Of a stretch of 30,723 nt of DNA, positions 8,707 through 18,881 are shown one piece after another (position 1 is the first letter of the stretch; each line of letters begins with the position of its first letter). The translations under genes and the position numbers were made by a program. Source of the stretch: a candidate division WOR-3 bacterium. Lineage in GTDB: Bacteria > Hydrothermota > Tepidihabitantia > Tepidihabitantales > Tepidihabitantaceae. The notes under the pieces were generated by a model. That model saw only the letters and a list, made by a program, of their open reading frames with translations. It searched no databases and was not told the origin of the DNA. Where the stretch lies: positions 1 to 30,723 of the forward strand of contig CBFGJX010000024.1 in the NCBI GenBank assembly GCA_965649225.1, read 5' to 3'.

Positions 8707-10496
8707 GCGTCCATCTGGACTGCCCACTTGTTCAGAAGTTCCATCCTGGCACTGTCTTCGGCCGGAAGGCTCAGCGGTCGGCCCCGGCAGTCGATGATCA
8801 CGCCGGACAGTCCACCTTCGACCCTCGCTTCAATCGATTTGCCGTAACCATTGCCAACGTCAAAACCACGCTCCGGTTGCACAACTGCTGTCGCCGATTC
8901 ACCGACCTTCAGCGGTAGAACCTGAATGTCGCCGAACCGGACATCGGCAGAGATTGGCTGACCATTGTCAGGCCGTACAGTTACCGAAACGCATTTCGAA
9001 CCCGGACGGGCAGAGCCTACCGGTGCAATTGCCGTACCAAGGTGTACCAGACAGTCCTTTTCGAATACCTCGTATGCCGCCTCGGGGTGAACCTCGGTCA
9101 ATACTCCGAGGTGTGGCATCATGAAGATCGAATCGACGGTGAGTCTGGTGATCCCCTCGGGTTGGAACGCATCAAGCAGCATGAGAGCAGCTTGAGCCCG
9201 GCGTGGCGCATGCGACAGTGCGCCACCGGAGCCGACGACGAGGTTCAGTTCCATCATGCTGACGAGTGTTTCGCCGGTTCGGGTCTGGGAAAAGGCGTCG
9301 GAGATTGTTCGTTCCTGCTGGACTCCCTTGAGGCCGACGGCCATCGACTTGTGATGCTCGAGGGCCAGACGCAAGGCCTCGCGCGCAATCCCCTGTTCCA
9401 GCTTCAAATCTTCCAGTGTCGAGGGAATTGTTGTCGGCCGGATCATCTTGTTTCTGATTCGGTTGCGTACCTCGGCGGCGGACAGCCGCATCGGCAACCA
9501 GCGCATGATGTTCTGTTCGCCTGCCTCGGCGAGGACGTTGGATATTGAGTACGACATTCCGAGATTGGCAGAAACGGTCCGGTTGAAGACACCGGAGAAA
9601 ACGCTGAAGACGTCGGTTGTCGCTCCGCCGATGTCAACGCCAAGCACTGAGATGTTCTTTGAACGGCCGAGATTTTCGATGAGGAGTCCGACAGCACCGG
9701 GTGTCGGCATGATCGGAACGTCGGTCCATTCCATCAGCTTGCGATAGCCAGGCGCGTGCGCCATAACGTGTTCCATGAAGAGGTCGTGGATCTTGTGCCT
9801 TGCCGGACCGAGATTCTCCCGTTCCAGAACCGGCCGGATATTCTCCACAATCTCAAGCGCCGACTTGTCCTTGAGCGTCTGATGGACCAGCTCGCGTGCG
9901 GCGATGTTGCCGGCGTAGATCACCGGCAGGTTGTAGCCGATTCCGAATCGGGGTTTCGGGTCGGCGGCAGCAATCAGTTCTGCCAGTTCGACGACATGCG
10001 AGACTGTGCCGCCGTCGACGCCGCCCGACAGCAGTATCATGTCCGGGCGCAGCGTCCGGATGCGCTCGATCTTCTCATGAGGAAGGCGGCCGTCGTTCGA
10101 GGCAATGACGTCCATCACGATCGCCCCGGCGCCCAGCGCGGCCCGGGCAGCACTTTCGCCGGTCATGGTCAGCACGACACCGGCAACCATCATCTGCAGG
10201 CCGCCGCCGGCAGACGAAGTCGAGATGTAGGTATCACAACCAGCCTTCTCGGTGGCGCCGGGCTTGATAATCCTCTCGCCGTCAAGCAGTTTGATGCCGG
10301 AGAGCTCTTCGACCTCCATCACGGAATTCAGAACTCCGCGGGTGACATCCTCGAACGGAGCCTCAACTGTGGTCGGCGCTTCACCGCGGAAGGCGAGGCG
10401 GAACTCCTCGCCGCGTTTCTCAATGAGAATCGCCTTGGTGGTCGTTGATCCGCAGTCAGTGGCCAGTATCCGCTTTATCTTTGACTTTTCGATCAA
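8694..10496 (-). CDS. Glutamate mutase L (GlmL/MutL)-like actin-fold ATPase
   Basis: TDCGSTTTKA, TSSAGGGL, AALGAGA, PDMILLSGGVDGG, IMPTPGAV, VDIGGATTDVFS, RTVSANLGMSYS, VGSGGALSHAP. GGAGG sits 9 nt before the TTG start. Confidence 0.85.
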   Translation of the reverse strand: MIEKSKIKRILATDCGSTTTKAILIEKRGEEFRLAFRGEAPTTVEAPFEDVTRGVLNSVMEVEELSGIKLLDGERIIKPGATEKAGCDTYISTSSAGGGLQMMVAGVVLTMTGESAARAALGAGAIVMDVIASNDGRLPHEKIERIRTLRPDMILLSGGVDGGTVSHVVELAELIAAADPKPRFGIGYNLPVIYAGNIAARELVHQTLKDKSALEIVENIRPVLERENLGPARHKIHDLFMEHVMAHAPGYRKLMEWTDVPIMPTPGAVGLLIENLGRSKNISVLGVDIGGATTDVFSVFSGVFNRTVSANLGMSYSISNVLAEAGEQNIMRWLPMRLSAAEVRNRIRNKMIRPTTIPSTLEDLKLEQGIAREALRLALEHHKSMAVGLKGVQQERTISDAFSQTRTGETLVSMMELNLVVGSGGALSHAPRRAQAALMLLDAFQPEGITRLTVDSIFMMPHLGVLTEVHPEAAYEVFEKDCLVHLGTAIAPVGSARPGSKCVSVTVRPDNGQPISADVRFGDIQVLPLKVGESATAVVQPERGFDVGNGYGKSIEARVEGGLSGVIIDCRGRPLSLPAEDSARMELLNKWAVQMDAYPG

Positions 10497-10809
10497 GTCT
10501 TTCGTCCTCCAAAGCTTCGATTTCTCTGATCAATGCTTCGACATTGTCACGGTTTTCGAACAAGGCCGCTAGCTCATCGTAGGAGCGGAAAGGAAAGACG
10601 GCGGTGACGATCGGTTGGAAGAACACCATCAGCTGAGAGCCGACAAATGAGAGTGGTTTGCTCGATTCCAGCAGAATGATTGCCACCGGGGTTAGTCGGA
10701 GCTCGACAACTCGTCGAGCGATCAGTCGGCGCAGTTCAGCCTGAGTGTCAGCGGCCGTCGGGGGGGCCGTCACGGTGTCAGGCAGTTTTGGGCGGAATTG
10801 AGCAAACAT
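10456..10809 (-). CDS. Small protein of unknown function
   Basis: 117 aa. The segment IARRVVELRLTPVAIILLESSKPLSFVGSQ...LFENRDNVEALIREIE looks like a real helical protein. GGAG upstream, and it overlaps both neighbours. Confidence 0.75.
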   Translation of the reverse strand: MFAQFRPKLPDTVTAPPTAADTQAELRRLIARRVVELRLTPVAIILLESSKPLSFVGSQLMVFFQPIVTAVFPFRSYDELAALFENRDNVEALIREIEALEDERLDRKVKDKADTGH

Positions 10810-12223
10810 CCAGCTCCCGTGAGGCGCGGGCCTCGTCCAGTCGTCGGATTGGTGTCGTGTGGGGGGCGGTCAACACCAGCTCCCGGTTGGTTGCGGCTTC
10901 CTCTGCGATCGTTCTCATGGCGGCAACAAAGGCATCGAGCGTCGCAAGCGATTCGGTCTCGGTCGGTTCGATCATCAGGGCTTCGGGTACGATCAACGGG
11001 AAATAAACTGTTGGAGCATGGAATCCGTAATCAAGAAGGCGTTTGGCAACGTCGAGTGTCTTGACGCCAAACTGCCGCAGATTCGTGCCCGAAAAGACAA
11101 CTTCGTGCATGGTCGGCGCGTCGTAGGGCAGGTCATAGACGCCAGCGAGGCCAGCTCGGATGTAGTTTGCGTTGAGAACAGCTGTTTCCGCAACGTCACG
11201 CAGCCCTTCCGCACCCAGCATTCTGATGTAGGTCCAGGCGCGGACCATGACTGCGAACTGGCCGTGAAAGCCGACCAGCCGTCCGATACTCTGGGGTCGG
11301 TCGTGGTTCAGTACGTACTGTCCGTTGCGCTTCTCAACAGTGGGTACTGGCAGATAGGGCGCAAGTTTGCGATTGACCGCCACCGGCCCGGCACCGGGGC
11401 CTCCGCCGCCGTGCGGGGTTGAGAATGTTTTGTGCAGGTTGATGTGCATCAAATCGAAGCCGGCTTCGGCCGGCCGGTGTATCCCCAGATAGGCATTGAG
11501 GTTTGCCCCGTCGAGGTAGACCAGTGCGCCTTGCTCGTGCATTATGCTGCATATCTGCTGAATGTCGGACTCGAATATCCCCAAGGTATTCGGATTCGTA
11601 ACCATCAGACAGGCGACACATGAACTGCAGGCTCTTCTCAGTTCCTGTGGGTCGACCCGACCGGCGGGGTTGGACTTGATCTGGACGGCTTTGAAGCCGG
11701 ACAGTGTCACTGAGGCGGGGTTGGTGCCGTGCGCAGAATCCGGCACCAGGACGGTATCGCGACCTTGCTCGCCCAGCGCCTCGAAATAACGGCGCACCAA
11801 CAACATCGCTGTCAGTTCACCGTGGGCCCCCGCCGCCGGTGTCAGTGTTACTGCGTCAAAGCCCGTGATCGCCTTGAGGTACTCGGTCAGTTCGTACATC
11901 AGTCGCAATGCACCCTGAACCGTCGATTCAGGTTGCAGCGGATGGAGGTCGATGAGCCCGTCCGTTCGGCAGGCTTTCTCGTTGACTTTCGGATTGTACT
12001 TCATCGTACAGGATCCGAGCGGGTACAACCCTTTGTCAACGTGATGGTTGCGAATGGACATGCGGACGAAATGACGCATTATCTCGGGTTCGCTGAGCTC
12101 CGGCAGGGATGGAAGGGACTGGGCCGGCAGCTGAGAGCTGACATCGGGGACATCGAGTGCCGGCAGCGACCACGTTGCGCGTCCGGGCGCGGAGAGTTCA
12201 AATGCGGTCGGTTCGTTTGTCAT
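10778..12223 (-). CDS. gcvPB: Glycine dehydrogenase (decarboxylating) subunit 2
   Basis: YPLGSCTMKYNP, PAAGAHGE, PDSAHGTNPAS, HINLHKTFSTPHGGGGPG (PLP Lys), MIEPTETES. Start at ATG 12223 (MTNEPTAFE). Confidence 0.95.
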   Translation of the reverse strand: MTNEPTAFELSAPGRATWSLPALDVPDVSSQLPAQSLPSLPELSEPEIMRHFVRMSIRNHHVDKGLYPLGSCTMKYNPKVNEKACRTDGLIDLHPLQPESTVQGALRLMYELTEYLKAITGFDAVTLTPAAGAHGELTAMLLVRRYFEALGEQGRDTVLVPDSAHGTNPASVTLSGFKAVQIKSNPAGRVDPQELRRACSSCVACLMVTNPNTLGIFESDIQQICSIMHEQGALVYLDGANLNAYLGIHRPAEAGFDLMHINLHKTFSTPHGGGGPGAGPVAVNRKLAPYLPVPTVEKRNGQYVLNHDRPQSIGRLVGFHGQFAVMVRAWTYIRMLGAEGLRDVAETAVLNANYIRAGLAGVYDLPYDAPTMHEVVFSGTNLRQFGVKTLDVAKRLLDYGFHAPTVYFPLIVPEALMIEPTETESLATLDAFVAAMRTIAEEAATNRELVLTAPHTTPIRRLDEARASRELDVCSIPPKTA

Positions 12224-12416
12224 TTTGTGATTGACAGAGTTTGCGGAGGGAGCGATCATAGCTGCGCTCAACAGCGGGTGGGAAAAGACAGCCCGGCACC
12301 TCACCGGCTGAACGGTGATAGGCAATACATTCGCAGCAGATGCCTTTGCGCGGGCACGGTTCCCAAGTACAGGTGCACTGTCGGCGGTTACTTTCCACCG
12401 AACATTCTCGTTTCAT
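12198..12416 (-). CDS. Small Cys-rich protein resembling DUF6485
   Basis: CTCTWEPCPRKGICCECIAYH...VPGCLFP...ERSYDRS, with 9 Cys. ATGA overlap with the gcvPA stop. Confidence 0.75.
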   Translation of the reverse strand: MKRECSVESNRRQCTCTWEPCPRKGICCECIAYHRSAGEVPGCLFPPAVERSYDRSLRKLCQSQNDKRTDRI

Positions 12417-13753
12417 GATACCGATCGGGACAGGACATCAACCAGCAGGTCCAGCTGGTCTTTCGTTCGCTTTTCTGTTACCGCCACCAGCAGCCGGTTT
12501 GACCATTCGGCTCGGAAGCGACCGAGGTCAACGCCGGCCAGAATTCCGTGTTCGAGACCGTCTTCGATTATCTTCGCCGCCGGAATGGGCGTTTCAACGA
12601 CAAACTCCCGGAAGAACGGGTCTGACAGTACGTTGAAGCCGGAAAGACGGGCGACTTGTTCAGCGAGGTAGTGGGCACGGGAATAGCATTGCCGGGAGAT
12701 TTCAGCCAGACCGCCGGGTCCCAGCCAGCACAGGTAGACCGACGCTGCCAGGGCACAGAGAGCCTGATTGGTGCAGATGTTGGATGAAGCCCGTTCGCGG
12801 CGGATATGCTGCTCCCGGGTTTGAAGTGCAAGAACGTAGCCAGTGCGGCCTTCGGCGTCGTTGGTTCTGGCGACGATCCGTCCGGGCAGGTTGCGGATGT
12901 AGGACCGACGTGTTGCCATCATTCCCAGGTAAGGGCCACCAAAACTCAGTGGTATTCCAAGCGACTGTCCTTCGGCGACAACGATGTCGGCTCCCCAGTT
13001 GCCCGGGGCTGGCAACAGTCCGAGCGTGATGGGGTCAACAGCAGTAACAACCAGTGCCCCGACTGCGTGCGCGGCGGCAGCGAGTTGCTCGGCCGGCTCG
13101 ATACAGCCGAAAAAGTTCGGTTGCTGGATGACGACTGCTGCCGTTTGGTTATCCAGCAAAGCCGTCAGAGTTTCCGGCCGGATGGTTGTGCCGGTGCTGT
13201 TGACGACGGTGAAGTTCAGTGTCCGACCGCTGCCATAGGTCCTTACGACCGCTTCCCAGTTGGGGTTCAGCGTTGATGGCAACAGAATCTTCTCGCGTCG
13301 GGTGATGTCTCGTGCCATTATGACCGCCTCGGCCAGCGCCGATGGCCCGTCGTACATCGAGGCGTTGGCCGCTTCGAGCGCGAACAGGCGGCAGACCAGG
13401 GATTGATATTCGTAGATCGCCTGGAGTGTTCCTTGACTGACTTCGGCCTGGTACGGCGTATAAGCGGTATAGAATTCGGATCGCGAAATCACCGCGTCGA
13501 TCACTGCCGGGATGAAGTGGTCGTAGGCGCCGGCGCCGGCGAAACAGATGAGCGATTTGGCGCCGCGGTTGGCGTTTGCGCGCTGGTCAAGCTCGCGGAG
13601 CACATCCGGTTCAGAAAGCGCCGGGGGCAGGTCGAGCGGTTGGTTCCGTCGTATCTCCTTCGGGATGCAGGCAAAAAGGTCGTCAATTGAGCCGACGCCG
13701 ATTCGTGCCAGCATCGCGGCGCGTTCAGCCGGGGTATGAGAAGTGAATTTCAA
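12413..13753 (-). CDS. gcvPA: Glycine dehydrogenase (decarboxylating) subunit 1
   Basis: [56 protein letters not shown]. Confidence 0.97.
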   Translation of the reverse strand: MKFTSHTPAERAAMLARIGVGSIDDLFACIPKEIRRNQPLDLPPALSEPDVLRELDQRANANRGAKSLICFAGAGAYDHFIPAVIDAVISRSEFYTAYTPYQAEVSQGTLQAIYEYQSLVCRLFALEAANASMYDGPSALAEAVIMARDITRREKILLPSTLNPNWEAVVRTYGSGRTLNFTVVNSTGTTIRPETLTALLDNQTAAVVIQQPNFFGCIEPAEQLAAAAHAVGALVVTAVDPITLGLLPAPGNWGADIVVAEGQSLGIPLSFGGPYLGMMATRRSYIRNLPGRIVARTNDAEGRTGYVLALQTREQHIRRERASSNICTNQALCALAASVYLCWLGPGGLAEISRQCYSRAHYLAEQVARLSGFNVLSDPFFREFVVETPIPAAKIIEDGLEHGILAGVDLGRFRAEWSNRLLVAVTEKRTKDQLDLLVDVLSRSVS

Positions 13754-14145
13754 TGGTGTGATGAGCGGGCGACCAGCTCGGCGTATGCGGCCGGGTCGAG
13801 CAGGTCCTGCAGTTCGGACCCCTGAGCGAACCTTATTTTGGCAATCCAGCCCTCGCCGTAGGGGTCGCTGTTGACCAATCCGGGATTATCCTTGAGCTTG
13901 TCGTTGGCAGCAATCACTTCGCCCGACAGCGGGGCATAGATGTCCGATACCGCCTTGACTGCTTCTATCGTTCCCAGGGGCGATTCCTTGTTGATCGATT
14001 TCCCGACGGTCGTGATGTCGACGAAGACGATGTCAGAGAGTTCGCTTTGGGCGAAGTCGGTGATTCCGATGACAGCAGTCTCGCCGTCGATGCGCACCCA
14101 TTCGTGGGTTTTTGTATATTTCAGTTCCTGTGGTATCGCGGACAA
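13750..14145 (-). CDS. gcvH: Glycine cleavage system H protein
   Basis: [22 protein letters not shown] with the lipoyl Lys, [15 protein letters not shown] upstream. Confidence 0.97.
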   Translation of the reverse strand: MSAIPQELKYTKTHEWVRIDGETAVIGITDFAQSELSDIVFVDITTVGKSINKESPLGTIEAVKAVSDIYAPLSGEVIAANDKLKDNPGLVNSDPYGEGWIAKIRFAQGSELQDLLDPAAYAELVARSSHH

Positions 14146-14159
14146 TTCTCCTCCTCGAG

Positions 14160-15257
14160 TTACTGTTTTCGGGAACCGTTCTTGTAGAACGGTGGTTTGA
14201 CTACCAGAGCAGGCGCGACAGTGCCGCGAATGCCTACACCGAGAGTCGTACCAGTACGGGCATGATTGCGTTCGACATAGGCGAGCGCGATCCCTTTGCC
14301 CAGTGACGGCGACATTGTCCCGCTGGTGACATGTCCGACCGGTTGTCCGGCGGCCAGAACCGGATACTTGGGACGGGGGATTGAGTTGTCCTGCATCTCA
14401 AGACAGATCAAACGACGGGCGGGTTTGTGCTCGTTGACAGCTGCCAGCGCGTCCCGTCCGATGAATCCTTTCGGTTTGTCAAGAGCTACCACCCAGCCAA
14501 GCCCTGCCTCAATTGGGTTCGTTGTCTCGTCAATGTCATTGCCGTACAGACACATTTTCATTTCCATTCTCAGGGTGTCCCGGGCCCCGAGACCGATTGG
14601 TTCGATTCCGAATTCGGCACCGGCAGCGAAAACTGCGTCCCACAGGGAAAGTGCGTGATCGTTCGGAATGTAGAGTTCAAAACCGTCTTCGCCGGTATAT
14701 CCCGTGCGCGACAGCAATATTTTCGCACCGGCGAGCTCAAGTTGCGCAGCAAAGTAGAAACCGATAGTGGAAAGGTCGTAGTCGGTCAGGCGCTGGAGCA
14801 CGGTCTCGGCCTTCGGCCCTTGAACCGCGAGCTGGGCGACCCGGTCGGTTACATTTTCCAGCCGCACACCATCGGGGAGATGCTTTTGAAGCCAGCGGGT
14901 ATCCTTGTCATTGTTGGCACCATTGACGACCAGCAGGTAGCGATCGGGCAGACGATAGACAACAAGGTCATCGACGATACCGCCGTCAGGCAGACACATT
15001 ATCGAGTATTGTGCCTGCCAGACGTCAAGCCGGCTGGCATCGTTGGTGGTCATTCGATTGATAAAATCGAGTGCCCCGGGGCCGGACACCTCAAGCCGTC
15101 CCATGTGTGATACATCGAACACGCCGACGGCAGTCCGGACCTGGCGGTGTTCTCTGATTATGCCGCTGAACTGCATCGGCAGGCTGTAGCCGGCGAAATC
15201 AACCATCCTGCCTCCAGCGGCGAGATGGCGGTCATAGAACGGTGTGAGCTTGGCCAT
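14160..15257 (-). CDS. gcvT: Aminomethyltransferase, glycine cleavage T protein
   Basis: [11 protein letters not shown] start, [47 protein letters not shown]. Confidence 0.97.
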   Translation of the reverse strand: MAKLTPFYDRHLAAGGRMVDFAGYSLPMQFSGIIREHRQVRTAVGVFDVSHMGRLEVSGPGALDFINRMTTNDASRLDVWQAQYSIMCLPDGGIVDDLVVYRLPDRYLLVVNGANNDKDTRWLQKHLPDGVRLENVTDRVAQLAVQGPKAETVLQRLTDYDLSTIGFYFAAQLELAGAKILLSRTGYTGEDGFELYIPNDHALSLWDAVFAAGAEFGIEPIGLGARDTLRMEMKMCLYGNDIDETTNPIEAGLGWVVALDKPKGFIGRDALAAVNEHKPARRLICLEMQDNSIPRPKYPVLAAGQPVGHVTSGTMSPSLGKGIALAYVERNHARTGTTLGVGIRGTVAPALVVKPPFYKNGSRKQ

Positions 15258-15265
15258 GGGTGGGT

Positions 15266-15293
15266 ATCTTATCACGCCTGATACAGAAGTCAA
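15266..15293 (-). promoter_or_regulatory. Putative promoter for the gcv operon, leaderless geometry
   Basis: Minus strand TTGACT (15293-15288), 16 bp, TGa-TAAGAT (15271-15266), 8 nt, then ATG 15257. No SD sequence. Confidence 0.6.
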
Positions 15294-15343
15294 CCACCGG
15301 CAGAGACAGGCTGGTCGGACCGGAGCAGTGCTGCAGTCTGAGC

Positions 15344-15371
15344 TTGATTCCGGGACTTTCGTCAGTACTCT
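15344..15371 (+). promoter_or_regulatory. Putative promoter for the ABC-F gene, leaderless geometry
   Basis: TTGATT (15344-15349), 16 bp, TACTCT (15366-15371), 8 nt, then ATG 15380. Confidence 0.5.
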
Positions 15372-15379
15372 GGCCGGAT

Positions 15380-17251
15380 ATGGTGAACCTGTCCGGTGTC
15401 GCGATGGAGTTTGGAACCCAGGAGCTTTATCGTGGTGTAGACCTTTTCGTCGGCCCGAATGACCGGATCGGACTTGTTGGTCACAACGGCTCGGGCAAAT
15501 CGACAATCCTCAGGTTGATTGCGGGTGAGCTTCAGCCCACAGCCGGGACTGTCACGATTCGCAAAGGCACACGCATCGCCTATCTGCCACAGACGATAGG
15601 ACGACCCCAGGGTCGGACTGTCCTGGAAGAGGCAATGGCAGCGTGGGAGCATCTGGACGGCATCCGCCAGCAGATGATGGAGTGTGAGCAGTTGATGAAT
15701 GCCACCGGTGCGGCTCAGCCGGAAATGAAGTCATTGCTGAACCGCTATGCCCAGCTGCAACAGCTGCAGGGTCATGACAGCCATGCTGCTGAATCAAAAG
15801 CACAGAAGATGCTGGTATCGCTCGGATTTACCGAGGACGAATTTCACCGGCCGCTCGCCACGCAGTCCGGCGGGTTCCGGGTCAGAGCGACGCTTGCTCG
15901 GCTTCTTCTGGAAGAGCCGGATCTGCTGCTGCTTGATGAGCCGACCAACTATCTTGATATCCGCTCGATCGAATGGCTGCAGGAATATCTGCTTTCGTTC
16001 AGAGGGGCGATCGTGATGATCGCTCACGACCGCTATTTGCTCGATGCCATCGTCAGTCGAATCTGGGGCATCGAATCACATTCAGTCATCGATTTTCCCG
16101 GCAACTACTCGGCATACCTGACCGATCGTGAGAAGCGTCAGGCGCAGCAGCGGAAGATGTATGAGGAACAGCAGGCTTTCATCAAGCGTACCGAGCAGTT
16201 CATCGCCAAGTTCAAGGGTCGCAAGGATACCGCCAAAAGGGCGATGAGCCGGCAGAAGATGCTGGACAAGCTTGAACGGATACAACCGCCGGAGGTTCTG
16301 CCTGAAATCAGGTTCCGTTTTCCGGAAGCTGATGACATTTACGGGAAGGCCTTTGAACTCCGCAATGTCAGCCACTCGTTCGGAGACCACCGGGTGCTTT
16401 CCGGTGTCAACCTGACGGTTGCCGGCGGCGAGAAGATCGGGGTCTTTGGCGCCAATGGCCAGGGCAAGACTACTTTCTTGAAGATTCTTGCCGGGCGGCT
16501 TCGGCCGAGCACAGGGACGGTCTGGCTGAGCCAGAAGGTCAGAATCGCATTCTATGAACAGGGTGCCGAGGATGCGCTGGACCCCGACGACACCGTGCTG
16601 GAGGCGGTTGCTTCGGCCGGTTCCGGTTTCTCTGAGAACGAGTTGAAAGCCTTTCTCGGTATGTTTCTGTTCTCAGGTGATGCTATCGACAAACCGGTGA
16701 AGGTACTGTCTGGTGGGGAAAGGTCGAGACTGGCTATCATCAAAGTGCTGCTGACGCCCTCAAACCTGCTGGTGCTTGACGAGCCAACGAATCATCTGGA
16801 CATCCGCTCCAGGGAGGTTCTTTTTGAGGCGATTGCCGTCTATCGGCGAACCGTTGTTTTCTCGGCTCATGACCGCTACATGCTTGATCGTCTCGCTGAC
16901 AAGACGATCCGAATCGAAGGTGGTGAAGCGGTCCTCTTCCCGGGAAACTTCGCATACGCGGTCCGGAAGGCAACAGCCGTAACGGCAGCAGCCGGGGGCA
17001 GCCGGCGTTCAGGAACGACAGCAGCCGAGCCGCCGAAAGTTCCGCCGGCGGCAGCTGAGAAAAAGGCGGCAGCCAGCCGTCTGAGCCAGCTGCTGGGAAG
17101 GCTTGAGAGCATTGACAGGGAGTATGCCGCTGCCCGCGATGCGCTGGATTTTGCCCGGGCCCGGATGCTTGCCGCTGAGCGGCGCGAGGTTGAGGCAGAG
17201 ATAGAAGTCTGTAAAGCGGAAGAAGTCAGCACATCAGGCAGTCCGGAATGA
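15380..17251 (+). CDS. ABC-F family ribosome-associated ATPase
   Basis: Two ABC domains ([46 protein letters not shown]), a typical interdomain linker, and no TM segments. Confidence 0.95.
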   Translation: MVNLSGVAMEFGTQELYRGVDLFVGPNDRIGLVGHNGSGKSTILRLIAGELQPTAGTVTIRKGTRIAYLPQTIGRPQGRTVLEEAMAAWEHLDGIRQQMMECEQLMNATGAAQPEMKSLLNRYAQLQQLQGHDSHAAESKAQKMLVSLGFTEDEFHRPLATQSGGFRVRATLARLLLEEPDLLLLDEPTNYLDIRSIEWLQEYLLSFRGAIVMIAHDRYLLDAIVSRIWGIESHSVIDFPGNYSAYLTDREKRQAQQRKMYEEQQAFIKRTEQFIAKFKGRKDTAKRAMSRQKMLDKLERIQPPEVLPEIRFRFPEADDIYGKAFELRNVSHSFGDHRVLSGVNLTVAGGEKIGVFGANGQGKTTFLKILAGRLRPSTGTVWLSQKVRIAFYEQGAEDALDPDDTVLEAVASAGSGFSENELKAFLGMFLFSGDAIDKPVKVLSGGERSRLAIIKVLLTPSNLLVLDEPTNHLDIRSREVLFEAIAVYRRTVVFSAHDRYMLDRLADKTIRIEGGEAVLFPGNFAYAVRKATAVTAAAGGSRRSGTTAAEPPKVPPAAAEKKAAASRLSQLLGRLESIDREYAAARDALDFARARMLAAERREVEAEIEVCKAEEVSTSGSPE

Positions 17252-17685
17252 TCCGGTTTCCTGTTACTCCCGAGAAGGCACGACTGTTGATCGAACGGAT
17301 GACCCGACTTGGAATCCGCGAATCAGACATTACCGAAGTGTTCATGCGGTCAAGCGGACCAGGCGGGCAGAATGTCAACAAAGTCGATTCGGCGGTTCGT
17401 CTTTTGCATCGTCCGACCGGCATCGAGATCAGAGTGCGTCAGGAAAGAACCCAGGGTCTGAACCGGTATCGTGCGCGGCAGTTGCTTTGTCAACAGATCG
17501 AGCGGATGCTGGGACAACGCGATGCCGGTCGAGATCAGCGGGCCAAGACTCGAAGGCAGAAGCACCGGCGTTTCCGACGGGCGAAGGCGAAAGCTTCTGC
17601 ACGAGAGCGTCAAACGGCTGCCGGCGAGCCCGACGGCCGGGTCGCGCCCATCTCGGCAATTGACACCGTTCAGCCCAAGACCTAG
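17248..17685 (+). CDS. Short GGQ peptidyl-tRNA hydrolase / release-factor-like protein (ArfB/C12orf65-like)
   Basis: [34 protein letters not shown], and a basic tail [22 protein letters not shown] overlap with the ABC-F gene. Confidence 0.88.
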   Translation: MIRFPVTPEKARLLIERMTRLGIRESDITEVFMRSSGPGGQNVNKVDSAVRLLHRPTGIEIRVRQERTQGLNRYRARQLLCQQIERMLGQRDAGRDQRAKTRRQKHRRFRRAKAKASARERQTAAGEPDGRVAPISAIDTVQPKT

Positions 17686-17688
17686 AAT
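17660..17688 (+). promoter_or_regulatory. Near-consensus sigma70 promoter for the pgs operon
   Basis: TTGACA (17660-17665), 17 bp, TAGAAT (17683-17688), embedded in the 3' end of the upstream gene. GTG start at 17715. Confidence 0.7.
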
Positions 17689-17714
17689 GCAACAGATCTC
17701 AGCTCAGTGCAAAC

Positions 17715-18881
17715 GTGTTTCTGTTAGCTCTGTTAACTGTCGGGTTTATTGCCTTTGTGCTGCTTGAGTACCGGTTACACCGTCGCCGGCTCGAGCAGAT
17801 TCCGGTCCGCATTCAGGTCAACGGAACACGCGGCAAGTCTTCAGTTACGAGACTGATTGCCGCCGGATTGAGAGGCGGCGGCATTCGGACTGTTGCGAAG
17901 GTTACCGGTACCAAACCCCGTTTCATCGTCGGCGACCTTGAGGAGTATCCGGTCCGACGGCTCGGCAAGGCCAACATCGCCGAAGACCTCCGGATCGTTC
18001 GACTCGCGGCCCAGCGACAAGCCGAAGCCCTGGTGATCGAATGCATGGCCCTGATACCGCAGTATCAGCGAATCGAAAATGAGTTGATAGTCAGACCGAC
18101 ACACGGAGTCATTACCAATGTCCGGGCCGATCATCTCGATGTCATGGGGCCGACCGTCGCCGACGTCGGCAGAGCGTTGTCGTTGACTGTTCCACGCCGC
18201 GGAATGTTTTTTACGGCCGAACGTGGCCCACTGTCTCAGATACTGCGAGCGGCGGTTCGCCCGGGAGTGACGATGGTAGTCAGTGACCCCGCTTCAGTCA
18301 GCGACGCGGAGATGGCTGGCTTTGACTACATTGAACACAAGGAGAATGTGGCACTGGCACTGGCGGTCTGTCAGAGCGTTGGCGTGGATCGAACGGCAGC
18401 ACTGGCAGGAATGAAACGTTCGCTGCCGGATTCCGGGGTGCTGCGAATACACCGGCTGGTAGACCGGGGCAAGACAATGGAACTTGTCAACGCGCTTGCC
18501 GCCAATGACCCGGATTCGATTGCCATGTTGTGGCATATGACGAAGGTCCGTCTGGCTGACAGGCTGGTGTTGATCAACTGCCGGCGCGACCGCGTCGACC
18601 GCTCCCGGCAGCTCGCTGAGCTGGTACGCGACTGGGATTGCCGGCATATCGTGGTTACCGGCGGTTTGACCCGGATGTTTGTCGTCCGGGCTTTGGAGTG
18701 CGGCATTCCGCGGGAACGAATGACCGACCTGGGTGACGATCGTCCACCGGCAGAGGTTTACGAGCGCGTTCACGAGCTGGCTGGGCGGCAGACGCTGATT
18801 TTTGCCGCCGGTAACACGGTCGGGTATGGCGATTCACTGATAGCACATTTTGTTCAGCAGGGAGGTGCTGTTGGTAATTGA
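17715..18881 (+). CDS. pgsB: Poly-gamma-glutamate synthase PgsB/CapB
   Basis: N-terminal TM, RIQVNGTRGKSSVTRLIAAGL, KVTGT, IECMAL, ITNVRADHLDVMGPT, NALAANDPDS, NCRRDRVDRS. Confidence 0.95.
   Translation: MFLLALLTVGFIAFVLLEYRLHRRRLEQIPVRIQVNGTRGKSSVTRLIAAGLRGGGIRTVAKVTGTKPRFIVGDLEEYPVRRLGKANIAEDLRIVRLAAQRQAEALVIECMALIPQYQRIENELIVRPTHGVITNVRADHLDVMGPTVADVGRALSLTVPRRGMFFTAERGPLSQILRAAVRPGVTMVVSDPASVSDAEMAGFDYIEHKENVALALAVCQSVGVDRTAALAGMKRSLPDSGVLRIHRLVDRGKTMELVNALAANDPDSIAMLWHMTKVRLADRLVLINCRRDRVDRSRQLAELVRDWDCRHIVVTGGLTRMFVVRALECGIPRERMTDLGDDRPPAEVYERVHELAGRQTLIFAAGNTVGYGDSLIAHFVQQGGAVGN

Noticed and set aside
8694..10496. DNA mismatch-repair MutL
   Set aside because: Name coincidence only. 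The motifs are actin-like (DxGSTTTK, DIGGATTD), not GHKL.
15258..15506. Glycine riboswitch or N-terminal extensions of gcvT and ABC-F
   Set aside because: No tandem GGAGA...CCGAAG aptamer is visible. Homology starts at ATG 15257 and ATG 15380, and the gap is occupied by two promoters.
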